NCBI GenBank assembly: GCA_964001175.1
Contig: CAXFAS010000003.1
Coordinates: 46,335 to 110,334 of the forward strand
From: an uncultured euryarchaeote
Lineage (GTDB): Archaea > Thermoplasmatota > Poseidoniia > Poseidoniales > Poseidoniaceae
Reading direction: 5' to 3'
DNA: 64,000 nucleotides
Part shown: piece by piece, positions 1 to 8,752 of the stretch
Numbering within the stretch: position 1 is the stretch's first letter
Layout of the letters: each line of letters begins with the position of its first letter
The notes under the pieces: model-generated
The model's database searches: none
What the model saw: only the letters and a program-made list of their open reading frames with translations
Told to the model about the DNA's origin: nothing
Translations under genes and position numbers: made by a program

Positions 1-771
1 CGGGCCTCTTACTTCACCAACAATGATTCTATCTGGACGCATACGAAGACTGGACTTTAAGCAGTCATTCATATCAACTTCAGGAGTGCCATCAGGCCTC
101 TCTCTTCTAGTTTCCATTCTCAGCCAGTGATCATGATAAACTTGTAATTCAGCAGTATCTTCAACTGTTAACAATCTTCTATGCCATGGAATATACATAC
201 CTAAGCAATTCAAAGTAGTAGTCTTACCAGAACCTGTACCTCCAGCAATTACGAAGTTTGCAGGCCTACTATCAAGACCCTCTATCCAAACCCACATCAT
301 TGCTGCTAAGCGTGAATTTACAGTTCCAAACTTAACTAAGTCTAACATTGTTAGAGGGTCCTCTCTAAATTTACGTATAGTTAGGGTTGGACCGTCTGGA
401 GTTATCGGCGGGATTGTTCCGTTTACACGAGAACCATCAGGTAATCTTCCATCAAATATTGGTACCATACCTGGGCCGTCTCCAAGAGGTACATTGGTAA
501 AGGAAGCTATGTTTTTAGCGATTTGAATTCCCGCATCATCATCAATCCAAACATTAGTTCTACACATTCCATGATCTCTGTGAGCAACTTTGACACATTG
601 AGTCCCACCATTATACATTACTTCTTCTAAATTATCATCTTCAAGTAAAACTGCGATATCACCGTATGGATTTGGATCTATAGATCCATCAACGTGATAT
701 ATTGGTGATGGGTGATTCGGTTCTAGATAAATTGTTACTCTTCCATATTGTGCTAATACTTTTTCTGCCAT
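1..771 (-). CDS. CpaF/TadA-family (type II/IV secretion) ATPase, 3' end truncated by window edge
   Basis: Not in the ORF track; translated by hand from ATG at 771: MAEKVLAQYGRV...YGDIAVLLEDDNLEEVMYNG..., Walker A VIAGGTGSGKTT, SLRMRPDRIIVGEVRGP at the edge. Confidence 0.93.
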   Translation of the reverse strand, partial: MAEKVLAQYGRVTIYLEPNHPSPIYHVDGSIDPNPYGDIAVLLEDDNLEEVMYNGGTQCVKVAHRDHGMCRTNVWIDDDAGIQIAKNIASFTNVPLGDGPGMVPIFDGRLPDGSRVNGTIPPITPDGPTLTIRKFREDPLTMLDLVKFGTVNSRLAAMMWVWIEGLDSRPANFVIAGGTGSGKTTTLNCLGMYIPWHRRLLTVEDTAELQVYHDHWLRMETRRERPDGTPEVDMNDCLKSSLRMRPDRIIVGEVRGP

Positions 772-775
772 TTTT

Positions 776-1507
776 TCAACCTCCAATGATTTTAACTGCG
801 CCTAAATATAATCCCATAGATACCGACATCCAGAATGGTAGCCACCAAAGGAAATCTTTCATCCTTCCAAGCATTCTACCTGAAACAGATGCTGCTATTG
901 CTGATGCTGCGGCAAAGAATAGAGAAAATGTTTGGTTAAACTCGCCTATCTGGTATCCTTTACTTGCAGGTGCGAATAAACCAACGATAAATGCGATTAG
1001 AACTGGTAAACCAATACAAACGAATATGATAATTAAGATTCCACGTGCTTGTAATTCGCTTTCTCTCTTGTTCATCAAGTCATTCAATCTTTCATAATCC
1101 ATAGACAAGTCAGAAAGTATTCCTTGCAAAGGAGCATCTTGCTCGACAGCGGTTTCAATCAGAACTGTGACTCTTTGAACTTGGGCTGAACGTGTCTTAG
1201 AAGCAAAAGCAGAGAGTGCGGCATCAAAAGAAGATGAATGACTTGATTCTAAAGTATCTGCAAGTAACTTGCCTAAAACTCCAGGTGTATTCCTTGCTTG
1301 TTCTAACATTGCTTCTTGAATACCTCTACCCGCCCCAACTGCATCGGACAACGATTCTAATAAAGCAGGTAATTGATTTTCAATACTTCTTCTTCTCTTC
1401 CTTTCAATCATCGGAGGTATTCCTCCAGCGGCAAATGCAATACCTAAAACTGAAAGAACAAGTAAAAGCATTTGATCATTGAAGGCTTCAAGAATATCAA
1501 ATATCAT
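776..1507 (-). CDS. Type II secretion system F / TadC-like membrane platform protein
   Basis: N-terminal TM, IENQLPALLESLSDAVGAGRGIQEA motif, C-terminal TMs; 4 nt from the ATPase. Confidence 0.88.
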   Translation of the reverse strand: MIFDILEAFNDQMLLLVLSVLGIAFAAGGIPPMIERKRRRSIENQLPALLESLSDAVGAGRGIQEAMLEQARNTPGVLGKLLADTLESSHSSSFDAALSAFASKTRSAQVQRVTVLIETAVEQDAPLQGILSDLSMDYERLNDLMNKRESELQARGILIIIFVCIGLPVLIAFIVGLFAPASKGYQIGEFNQTFSLFFAAASAIAASVSGRMLGRMKDFLWWLPFWMSVSMGLYLGAVKIIGG

Positions 1508-1514
1508 AATATCA

Positions 1515-2096
1515 CTACAACCCAGGATCTTTCGTATGTGCCTTTAGACCAATCATAATCATTCCAACAAGAGTCATAATCAATCCTACATTAACTACTG
1601 ATTTTATTGTGGATGCAGGAGGTAATTGCATAAAAGCTCCTAAGTCCCCACTCATTAATTGAGGAATTAATCCTACAATAGCCAGAATAATAGGTCCTAT
1701 CATTCCAATTGAAAGTAGTGTTTCAGGAACTCCGCCTAAATCTTCAATGTATTTCTTAACATCTTCATTTCGGTCTTCTTCCATCCTTTTTCCTTGTTTT
1801 CTCAAAGTCTCTACCAAATCTGTATTTTGAGTTAAATTTGTGTACATAGTGTTTAACAGTCTTCGATAACCTTCAGATTCCGCCTTATTCATAAGACTCT
1901 TAACTTCTCTTTCTAGTCCACTAGACTTGCCAGAACGTAACCTTTCCATAATTTTCGAGAAGTCAGAAGAAATAATCCCATAACCACCTGTCCCTATTGT
2001 GTGTATGGCTGCTTCCAACCCAACTCCAGATGACATTAGAACGTCCATTGTACGAATAACATAGAGAATTTCTCTTTTTTCGTCTAATGAACGCAA
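1515..2096 (-). CDS. Type II secretion system F / TadB-like protein
   Basis: LMSSGVGLEAAI...GYGIISSDF pattern, two C-terminal TMs; TTG start after GAGGGA. Confidence 0.8.
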   Translation of the reverse strand: MRSLDEKREILYVIRTMDVLMSSGVGLEAAIHTIGTGGYGIISSDFSKIMERLRSGKSSGLEREVKSLMNKAESEGYRRLLNTMYTNLTQNTDLVETLRKQGKRMEEDRNEDVKKYIEDLGGVPETLLSIGMIGPIILAIVGLIPQLMSGDLGAFMQLPPASTIKSVVNVGLIMTLVGMIMIGLKAHTKDPGL

Positions 2097-2105
2097 CTAA
2101 ATCCC

Positions 2106-2459
2106 TCAATTGATATCTTCTATTAATTCAAAAATGAATGATTCATTCGAACCATCATATTCCATAGAAGCAAATACAACCTTTACATCTCTCTCTTCAA
2201 AAGGATCATGGATGCAAGGTTGACCTGAACGGAACATCGCTAAAATCCTCTTGTATTCGTCGAGTTGCATTTCTCCACTAATTGTGTAAATAGCAGACTC
2301 AGAGCCTTCATCGTGTAAATTATCTCCTTCTTCACCACGAACAATTGTTCGAGTCATTCTACGCGTAAGTCTAACTTTGATGTCTGCGTTAGGTATTCTA
2401 ACCCAATCAGCGCTAGTTGTTCCCGTTGCCGGTCGAATAAAGAAATCCATTCCTGCCAT
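2106..2459 (-). CDS. Hypothetical 117-aa protein resembling phage tail tube-initiator / Mu DNA-circularisation N-terminal domain
   Basis: GAGGT SD; pattern RRMTRTIVRGEEGDNLHDEGSESAIYTISG...FRSGQP...FIFELIE; CDS well supported, fold tentative. Confidence 0.6.
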   Translation of the reverse strand: MAGMDFFIRPATGTTSADWVRIPNADIKVRLTRRMTRTIVRGEEGDNLHDEGSESAIYTISGEMQLDEYKRILAMFRSGQPCIHDPFEERDVKVVFASMEYDGSNESFIFELIEDIN

Positions 2460-2519
2460 ATGATGACCTCTATGACAACCACAGAAGCGAAAGAACTTGA
2501 ATGTGTTGGGGATAAATGC

Positions 2520-3452
2520 TCAAGAAACTATCCTAAACCACCCGAATGCTGGTTCATGAATTGAACCTTCATCAGATAATGATTCTATCTTTTCTTCCGC
2601 AACAGAACGTGCAAAGCCTCTAGCGGATGCATTGGTAATAAGAGTTTCAAAATCAACCCCATCACCTTGGTCTAACTTCTTGATAATTTCTAGTAATACA
2701 TCTCCCAATTCTTCGGATTCTTCTGAGTCCCCTGAATCACTATCTGATGTATTGGTATCAACTAATTGCTGTTGCGCAGGCGTCGATGCAGCTTCTATTT
2801 TTCCTTCTGCAATATCCAATGCTTGCATTATGTTCAAATTATAATGTTCAAGATCAATATCTCCATAATGATTTCTTGATGCAACTAGACCTTCGACCAT
2901 ATGACTCGGTATTTCTGCTTTAGTCAATGCTTCAATAGTCGGTTCGAAATCTAAAGAATCTGTGAAAATTTTCATCCGTTCCAATGTTCCTTGGCACGCT
3001 TGAGTCAGCCAAACTGCATACCCATTAGAATCAATTTCACATGCTTCTTCTGGACGAAGAGAAGTATAAATTGCTCCTTCCTCGGTCTGGAATAGACGTG
3101 TTTTTGCAACCATCATCAATAAAATCGGTTCGCCACTTTCAACTCTAGGAGAAAGTAGTAATGTTAATTCCCTCATTGAATCGGAGGCATAGTCTCCAAC
3201 AGAGAAATAATGAACACCAGATGGATCCCTAATTTGTCCTTGGTAAAGAACAGAACCGTTAGCAGTATCTCTAGGCTCAAGTCTTTCCAAAAGTCCTGCG
3301 ACAATAACTCTGTTGACTTTTGAACCGAGTTTTGTGATAACAAAAGAGGGGTCAAATTCTCCAGAACCCTTCTCATTTAATGTTGATTCACCAAATTCAG
3401 ATGCCAGCATATACCATGCAGACTGTCTTTTTATTGAGCGAGAAGGTTGCAT
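2520..3452 (-). CDS. RPA second subunit (OB fold plus C-terminal winged helix)
   Basis: VITKLGSKVNRVIVAG, IRDPSG, C-terminal EGSIHEP; ATG overlaps upstream stop (TAATG). Confidence 0.85.
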   Translation of the reverse strand: MQPSRSIKRQSAWYMLASEFGESTLNEKGSGEFDPSFVITKLGSKVNRVIVAGLLERLEPRDTANGSVLYQGQIRDPSGVHYFSVGDYASDSMRELTLLLSPRVESGEPILLMMVAKTRLFQTEEGAIYTSLRPEEACEIDSNGYAVWLTQACQGTLERMKIFTDSLDFEPTIEALTKAEIPSHMVEGLVASRNHYGDIDLEHYNLNIMQALDIAEGKIEAASTPAQQQLVDTNTSDSDSGDSEESEELGDVLLEIIKKLDQGDGVDFETLITNASARGFARSVAEEKIESLSDEGSIHEPAFGWFRIVS

Positions 3453-5143
3453 TAGACCACTCCCCATTTTGCTCTAATTTCAGTAGCTAACATAGCAGGA
3501 TCTAAATCAACCAATTCTGTTTTATCGGCTAAAACCATTGCTCCTTGTTCATCAACAATCGCCCTGCCGCTGGCTATAACTTGCTTACCCAGCAACTTTT
3601 TCCTAAGAGATTGAACAAACTCCATCTGACCGTTAGAATCTATCTCAGAAACAATATCTTTTTCGGTAGTACCAAGAAGATCTAATGTTGCTTCCTTGTT
3701 AATTAGGAGCGAAGATGTGGCTTTTCCATCATCGATAACCAATCTTAACCTGACATCTTGATTTCCTGAATCGTTGCCATGTTGAGCACAAATACCATCT
3801 TTTAGCACTCTCCTACATTGGGTGCAACGCATGATGATTCCGCAATCTTCTCTAACACTTGCAACAACTCCCTTTGTTGAAATTCCAACTCTACTAGAAC
3901 CATTAACTAATTCACTTAATTCAACCTCAACTACATGATTAGTTAGGTCTATAGAAGAGTCCCATGGAGTAGATTCTAAAATTTCTACTTGAACTGCTTT
4001 GTCTACAGTAATATCTGGAATTCCTTGCCATGATCGCACTCTTACTCCCTTGAGTTTTACGGTAACTGGAAGATCAGAGCTTTCGATAGGAAGTTCTTCC
4101 CAAGCACTCATTCGACATTTACCGGAGGGGTCAGCTATTTGCCCGGACCAAAGAAACTTCTCTTGACCATCTCTAACAAAAGAACGCTTTGTCCATTCAG
4201 TCAATTGAACAATAGTTTCAACATCTCTAGAACCATCTCTCAACTGAGATATTGTTAAGATATTTTGTTGTAATAATGAATCTGCATCTGCAAAATTCGA
4301 ATCATGGTATACCTCTACTTTTGTTGTTCTACCAAAATTAAGTTCTGGTGTATCTCTAAATGTTCTAACTTGAGCACCATCAATCTTGACTAAAGTGCCA
4401 ACTTCATGTTCAAATGGCTCCCAAGATAAAAATCCAATTGTACCTGTTTCATCGGCAATTCTACCTCTGACAACGTCTATAGAACCGGAACCATCTTTCC
4501 TGTGAATCTGATCGGGTCGAGAAGAAAGAATTCTTCCAACTACACAGATATAACCATCTTTAGGAATACTATTAATTTCAATGGGCTCGCCAGGAGCAAC
4601 AACTGGCCTCGTTCCTTCTCTTAGAACCGCTATCCTGGTACTTTGATTGATGTTAAGTGACATTCTGCCTTGATATTCATTTACTGATGCACCTTCAATT
4701 CTAACAACAGATCCTGGAGTAATATTAGAGTTAGGGCCCCAGTCTTTATACTCCCACCGAGTTCTTTGGCTACCTTCATCCCAAGGCGAATCTTCAAGTA
4801 AACCAAATGCTATTTGCTTTTGTTCACCTCTAATAGTCTGTTCACGTAGATTGTGTGAAATTATTTCTACTTCAATTTCAATATCTCTATCAGTCGATGA
4901 CAATTCACTAAGACTAGCAACTTTTTTTGTCACCTTAGGGGAATCGTTAGAATTACTATTATTTGTTGTTGAAGGAGCCATGTCTCCTTTAAACCTACGA
5001 ATTATTGAGCGTAAAGCGTCTTGAGGCGGAATATAAAATTCACTTTCATATTTTTCAAAAGCCTCTCTGATTTCATCCTTATCGGCATCCGGACACTCTG
5101 ACAAAACCGCATTAATATGCGTTTCATACTTTTCGTCAGACAT
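3452..5143 (-). CDS. Replication protein A large subunit (multiple OB folds, Zn finger)
   Basis: GRIADETGTI, GQIADPSG, CTQCRRVLKDGICAQHG, DVRLRLVIDDG. Confidence 0.9.
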   Translation of the reverse strand: MSDEKYETHINAVLSECPDADKDEIREAFEKYESEFYIPPQDALRSIIRRFKGDMAPSTTNNSNSNDSPKVTKKVASLSELSSTDRDIEIEVEIISHNLREQTIRGEQKQIAFGLLEDSPWDEGSQRTRWEYKDWGPNSNITPGSVVRIEGASVNEYQGRMSLNINQSTRIAVLREGTRPVVAPGEPIEINSIPKDGYICVVGRILSSRPDQIHRKDGSGSIDVVRGRIADETGTIGFLSWEPFEHEVGTLVKIDGAQVRTFRDTPELNFGRTTKVEVYHDSNFADADSLLQQNILTISQLRDGSRDVETIVQLTEWTKRSFVRDGQEKFLWSGQIADPSGKCRMSAWEELPIESSDLPVTVKLKGVRVRSWQGIPDITVDKAVQVEILESTPWDSSIDLTNHVVEVELSELVNGSSRVGISTKGVVASVREDCGIIMRCTQCRRVLKDGICAQHGNDSGNQDVRLRLVIDDGKATSSLLINKEATLDLLGTTEKDIVSEIDSNGQMEFVQSLRKKLLGKQVIASGRAIVDEQGAMVLADKTELVDLDPAMLATEIRAKWGVV

Positions 5144-5296
5144 GTTCTCTCACCCCGACAGACATCATTCTCATCGATTGCCTGTACGGAGAACAGGCTT
5201 CGGGTTTTCGTGCGGATTGGTTAAGACTAGACACTCCCTTTACCTCCATGGTAACAGATACCACAGACGACAGGAAATAAAGAATGCCCTTAGAAA

Positions 5297-6694
5297 TCAA
5301 GCAGGATTAACTCGTAAACCATTCATAAATAGTACATCTGGAATGTACATACTTCTTCCAGAGACTCTCACATCATTACCCAAGAAAACATCGCTTTGTA
5401 ATGCTTTTGACATATTACCTGAAAGTCCTGCTTGTTTTACTGAACCGATAATTTCTCCCTCTTCGACTCTGAGTATCGAACTTGTAGTAACGGAGAAATC
5501 GCCACTTGTTGGATTTGCAGTATGAGCTCCCATCACACTATTTACGATATAACCTGTATCCATTCTTTCCAATAATTGATCAACACTATTCGATTTAAGA
5601 GTCGATGTCAATTCTAGGTTAGAACAAGTTGTAACAGGAGGACTTTGATGACCTCCTCGGGAAGCTGAACCTGTTGTCTCTGCATGTTCAATTTTACCTT
5701 CTGATACTAACTTTGCAGAGTCTCTGGTAGACCATAATGAACCAACCAATTTACCTGAATCAATAATCACTTGACTCCTGGTTGGAACTCCTTCTCCATC
5801 TCTAGAGGAAGAAGAAATACCTCCGCTCATCCTTGCATTATCTATCAATGAAAGATCTGAAGCAATGACATTCTGCCCCATTTTACCAGACCAAAATGAT
5901 TCCATTCTTGCTAGTCTTTCGCCTTTTATTGCTGATGATACAACTATTGAAAACAGCGAGCCAAGTCCTTCAGAAGTCATTACAACTGGCAAATCTTGAG
6001 CGCCTCCATCGATTTTTATTGGATCTCTAGTTTTTTGAGCCCATTCAACGGAGTTGGCAACACAATTGGGAATTTTATCAATCAAATTCTTACTAGACTC
6101 TCCTTGCCAAGAACTAGTCAACTGTGAGTCTTCGTCTATAGAAACCTGTACTCCAATGCCATGAGAAGTAGTTATTCCATGATGTTCAATTCCTTCACTA
6201 GAAGTTAGAACACCTGCAGTAGCGCTAACTCCTAATCCACCACCCGTTACTACTGCCCTTTTATCTAAAGATGAAACCTCACTTAATATTGAGTCTGCTT
6301 GTTGTAATAGATCATCTGGTCCAACCGAAAGAATTCTTTTATCGAACAGGCCTTCTACTTCTTTGGTATCTTGACTACTGGGTAGTACGAATCCCTCAAC
6401 TGGAGGTGAAACTCTAGCAATTGACATCGCCTGATTAATTGCATTTTCAGCCGAGTTAACATCTACCAGATAGGCATAACCAAATTTCCCATCTTCTAGA
6501 ACTCTAATGCCGTATCCTCCGCCACCCCCTCCTGCAGCAAGAGATATCTTTCCAGCCTCAATGTCTAATTCATGGCCGTAAGATTGTAAGGCAATTATTT
6601 CCCATTGTTGAACATTATTTTTTTTACAAAGGTCGCCTATCTTTTTACTACCAGAAACCAATCTATCTAAAGCATCATCAGGAAGCATGTTCAT
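5297..6694 (-). CDS. pmbA: PmbA/TldE non-catalytic protease subunit
   Basis: DGEGVP, GAHTANPTSGDFS; start reset to ATG overlapping the TldD stop. Confidence 0.9.
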   Translation of the reverse strand: MNMLPDDALDRLVSGSKKIGDLCKKNNVQQWEIIALQSYGHELDIEAGKISLAAGGGGGGYGIRVLEDGKFGYAYLVDVNSAENAINQAMSIARVSPPVEGFVLPSSQDTKEVEGLFDKRILSVGPDDLLQQADSILSEVSSLDKRAVVTGGGLGVSATAGVLTSSEGIEHHGITTSHGIGVQVSIDEDSQLTSSWQGESSKNLIDKIPNCVANSVEWAQKTRDPIKIDGGAQDLPVVMTSEGLGSLFSIVVSSAIKGERLARMESFWSGKMGQNVIASDLSLIDNARMSGGISSSSRDGEGVPTRSQVIIDSGKLVGSLWSTRDSAKLVSEGKIEHAETTGSASRGGHQSPPVTTCSNLELTSTLKSNSVDQLLERMDTGYIVNSVMGAHTANPTSGDFSVTTSSILRVEEGEIIGSVKQAGLSGNMSKALQSDVFLGNDVRVSGRSMYIPDVLFMNGLRVNPA

Positions 6695-8133
6695 CCCACC
6701 AATGCTTCTTTTATCCTCATTATTGGTCCACCATCTCCTACTGGAACTGTTTGACCTTTTCCACAAAAACCTGGAGCTGCAAGCCTAGAATCGGTTGTCA
6801 ATCCGTCGACATCTTTCAAAATCTGTAATGTTAATCCACTTACGCTTACATCTTTTAGAGGAGTAGTTATAGAACCATTTTCAATAAGCCAAGCCTCTTG
6901 AGCAGCAAATTGAAAAGAGCCACGCCCGGTATCAACTTGACCTCCTCTAGAACCACAAGCATAAACTCCGTATTCTATATCCTCAATCAATTCATCAAGA
7001 TCTTTGTGAGTTCCGCCTCTAATCAAAGTATTTGACATCCTAACTAATGGATGGTGAAGGCCATCTTGAGCTCTTGCTCCAGCATTCGGTTCTATTCCGA
7101 AATGTTGGGCTGATTCTCGGTGATTTAGGTAATCGGTTAAAATTCCATTTTTAATCAAACACTTTTCTTTTGTATCAAGACCTTCATCATCTATTGGGTG
7201 AGCACCATAACCAGTTCTAATTGTTGGATCGTCAACAACAGTAACTATTTCATTTCCAATTTTTTGTCCAAGTTTACCGTCTAAACAAGAATCTCCTGCC
7301 GCTACTAAGTCTGCTTCACAAGGATGACCTAGTGCTTCGTGAATGTAAACTCCTGTCAAATCTCTATCTGCTACCAATGGTAATTTTCCGGAAGGAGATC
7401 TCTCCGCTTTCAATAACCTAATGGCAGAAATTTTTGCATTATTCCCAAGTTCTGCCAAGTCACATGCCTCAATTAGTTCAAGTCCTCCTTCTCCTCCATG
7501 TCTTGTTCGATATGACACAACATCCGAACCCTCTCTAGCGGTAACTGTTGCATTAACTAGAGACCTTTGAAAAGACCAAACTCGGTTCATACCTTCACTC
7601 GACATGAATTCTGTATGGATATGTTCATCATGCCAGCCGCAAATTACAGATGCGATTTTTTGGTCATCGCAAGAATTTTCATGCAGTATTTTTAGATGTT
7701 CTAGTTTTTCATTGAGTTCTGTATTTCTTACATCCTTCCTAGGATTCCAATGAATTGAATCCTCAATAATTGGAACCTCGGCTAGTGAAACAGGTTTGTC
7801 TTTAATTCCCCTTCTGGAAGCAACGGCCCTTGCCAACTTTACTGTTGATTCAACTTGAAGAGGGATAGAACTTATGTCCGTAGTAGAATGAACTCCCCAA
7901 GCTCCATCGGCAAGTATTCTCATTGTTGCCCCTACTTCTTGTCCCGGAATTGCCCGCTCAAGTTGACCATCTCGAGTTGAGACACTTGAATCTGTAATGG
8001 AGACTAATCTAACTTCAGCATATTCAGCACCGAATTCTGTGGCTTTGTCAAGAGCAGATTGAATTTTATTCTGATCTAAATATCTCCTATGTCCATCAAA
8101 GGCATCTTCACCTGGAGCTTTAGCAATTACCAT
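6691..8133 (-). CDS. tldD: TldD metalloprotease
   Basis: HEALGHPCEAD, DDEG, VRMSNT, CGKGQTVPVG; start reset to MVIAK. Confidence 0.93.
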   Translation of the reverse strand: MVIAKAPGEDAFDGHRRYLDQNKIQSALDKATEFGAEYAEVRLVSITDSSVSTRDGQLERAIPGQEVGATMRILADGAWGVHSTTDISSIPLQVESTVKLARAVASRRGIKDKPVSLAEVPIIEDSIHWNPRKDVRNTELNEKLEHLKILHENSCDDQKIASVICGWHDEHIHTEFMSSEGMNRVWSFQRSLVNATVTAREGSDVVSYRTRHGGEGGLELIEACDLAELGNNAKISAIRLLKAERSPSGKLPLVADRDLTGVYIHEALGHPCEADLVAAGDSCLDGKLGQKIGNEIVTVVDDPTIRTGYGAHPIDDEGLDTKEKCLIKNGILTDYLNHRESAQHFGIEPNAGARAQDGLHHPLVRMSNTLIRGGTHKDLDELIEDIEYGVYACGSRGGQVDTGRGSFQFAAQEAWLIENGSITTPLKDVSVSGLTLQILKDVDGLTTDSRLAAPGFCGKGQTVPVGDGGPIMRIKEALVG

Positions 8134-8173
8134 GAAATAGTCGAGAAAGCGATAGTGCTTGAACTCTTCTAAT

Positions 8174-8752
8174 CTATGAGTTGAATTCTGAAGAAAGAAT
8201 AAAGGCAATCAATGAATCTTCTAAATTTTTAAGATTCAGGTTTTCTTCTTCCAATCCCAATTTGATTGCGTAACTGATATCTAATTCAGGTTTATCAGCT
8301 AGGATTTCAATATTCAAATCTTCAATGATTTGATGATATTCATTTTCAAATATCTGTAGATAATTTGATTGAGGCGTTGCTGAATTATCCAAAAAATCTT
8401 GACTCTCTGGGAGGTAAACTAACCAACCTTTAGAATCGCCGTCCCCAAGACCTGCTTTAGAGAATGCTTCTGAAACATGATGAGTACCAGCAAGATATCT
8501 AATGAATTCTGCATCTATACTTCTTGCAAGTTTATTTTCTCGTAAGTGTCTTCTTTCACAACAATGCCAAGCAGTCCATAATTGATTGTTCGATAATGCT
8601 ACATGGAAGCCCAACATAAGCCATCTACTGGAAGGTCTAATTTTCAAAAAATGTTTCAATATTTCTTCATTGGATAATTGACTCGAAGACCACCCGATAC
8701 ATGGAAATATTCCCAGTTCCATAATTGGCCCCAACAAGTTAGTTTTATTCAA
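8174..8752 (-). CDS. cgi121: KEOPS complex subunit Cgi121
   Basis: LARSIDAEFIRYLAGTHHVSEAFSKAG; follows Hel308. Confidence 0.75.
   Translation of the reverse strand: MNKTNLLGPIMELGIFPCIGWSSSQLSNEEILKHFLKIRPSSRWLMLGFHVALSNNQLWTAWHCCERRHLRENKLARSIDAEFIRYLAGTHHVSEAFSKAGLGDGDSKGWLVYLPESQDFLDNSATPQSNYLQIFENEYHQIIEDLNIEILADKPELDISYAIKLGLEEENLNLKNLEDSLIAFILSSEFNS

Noticed and set aside
2106..2459. Prophage or provirus
   Set aside because: No integrase, capsid, terminase, att repeats or evident compositional shift around the tail-like gene
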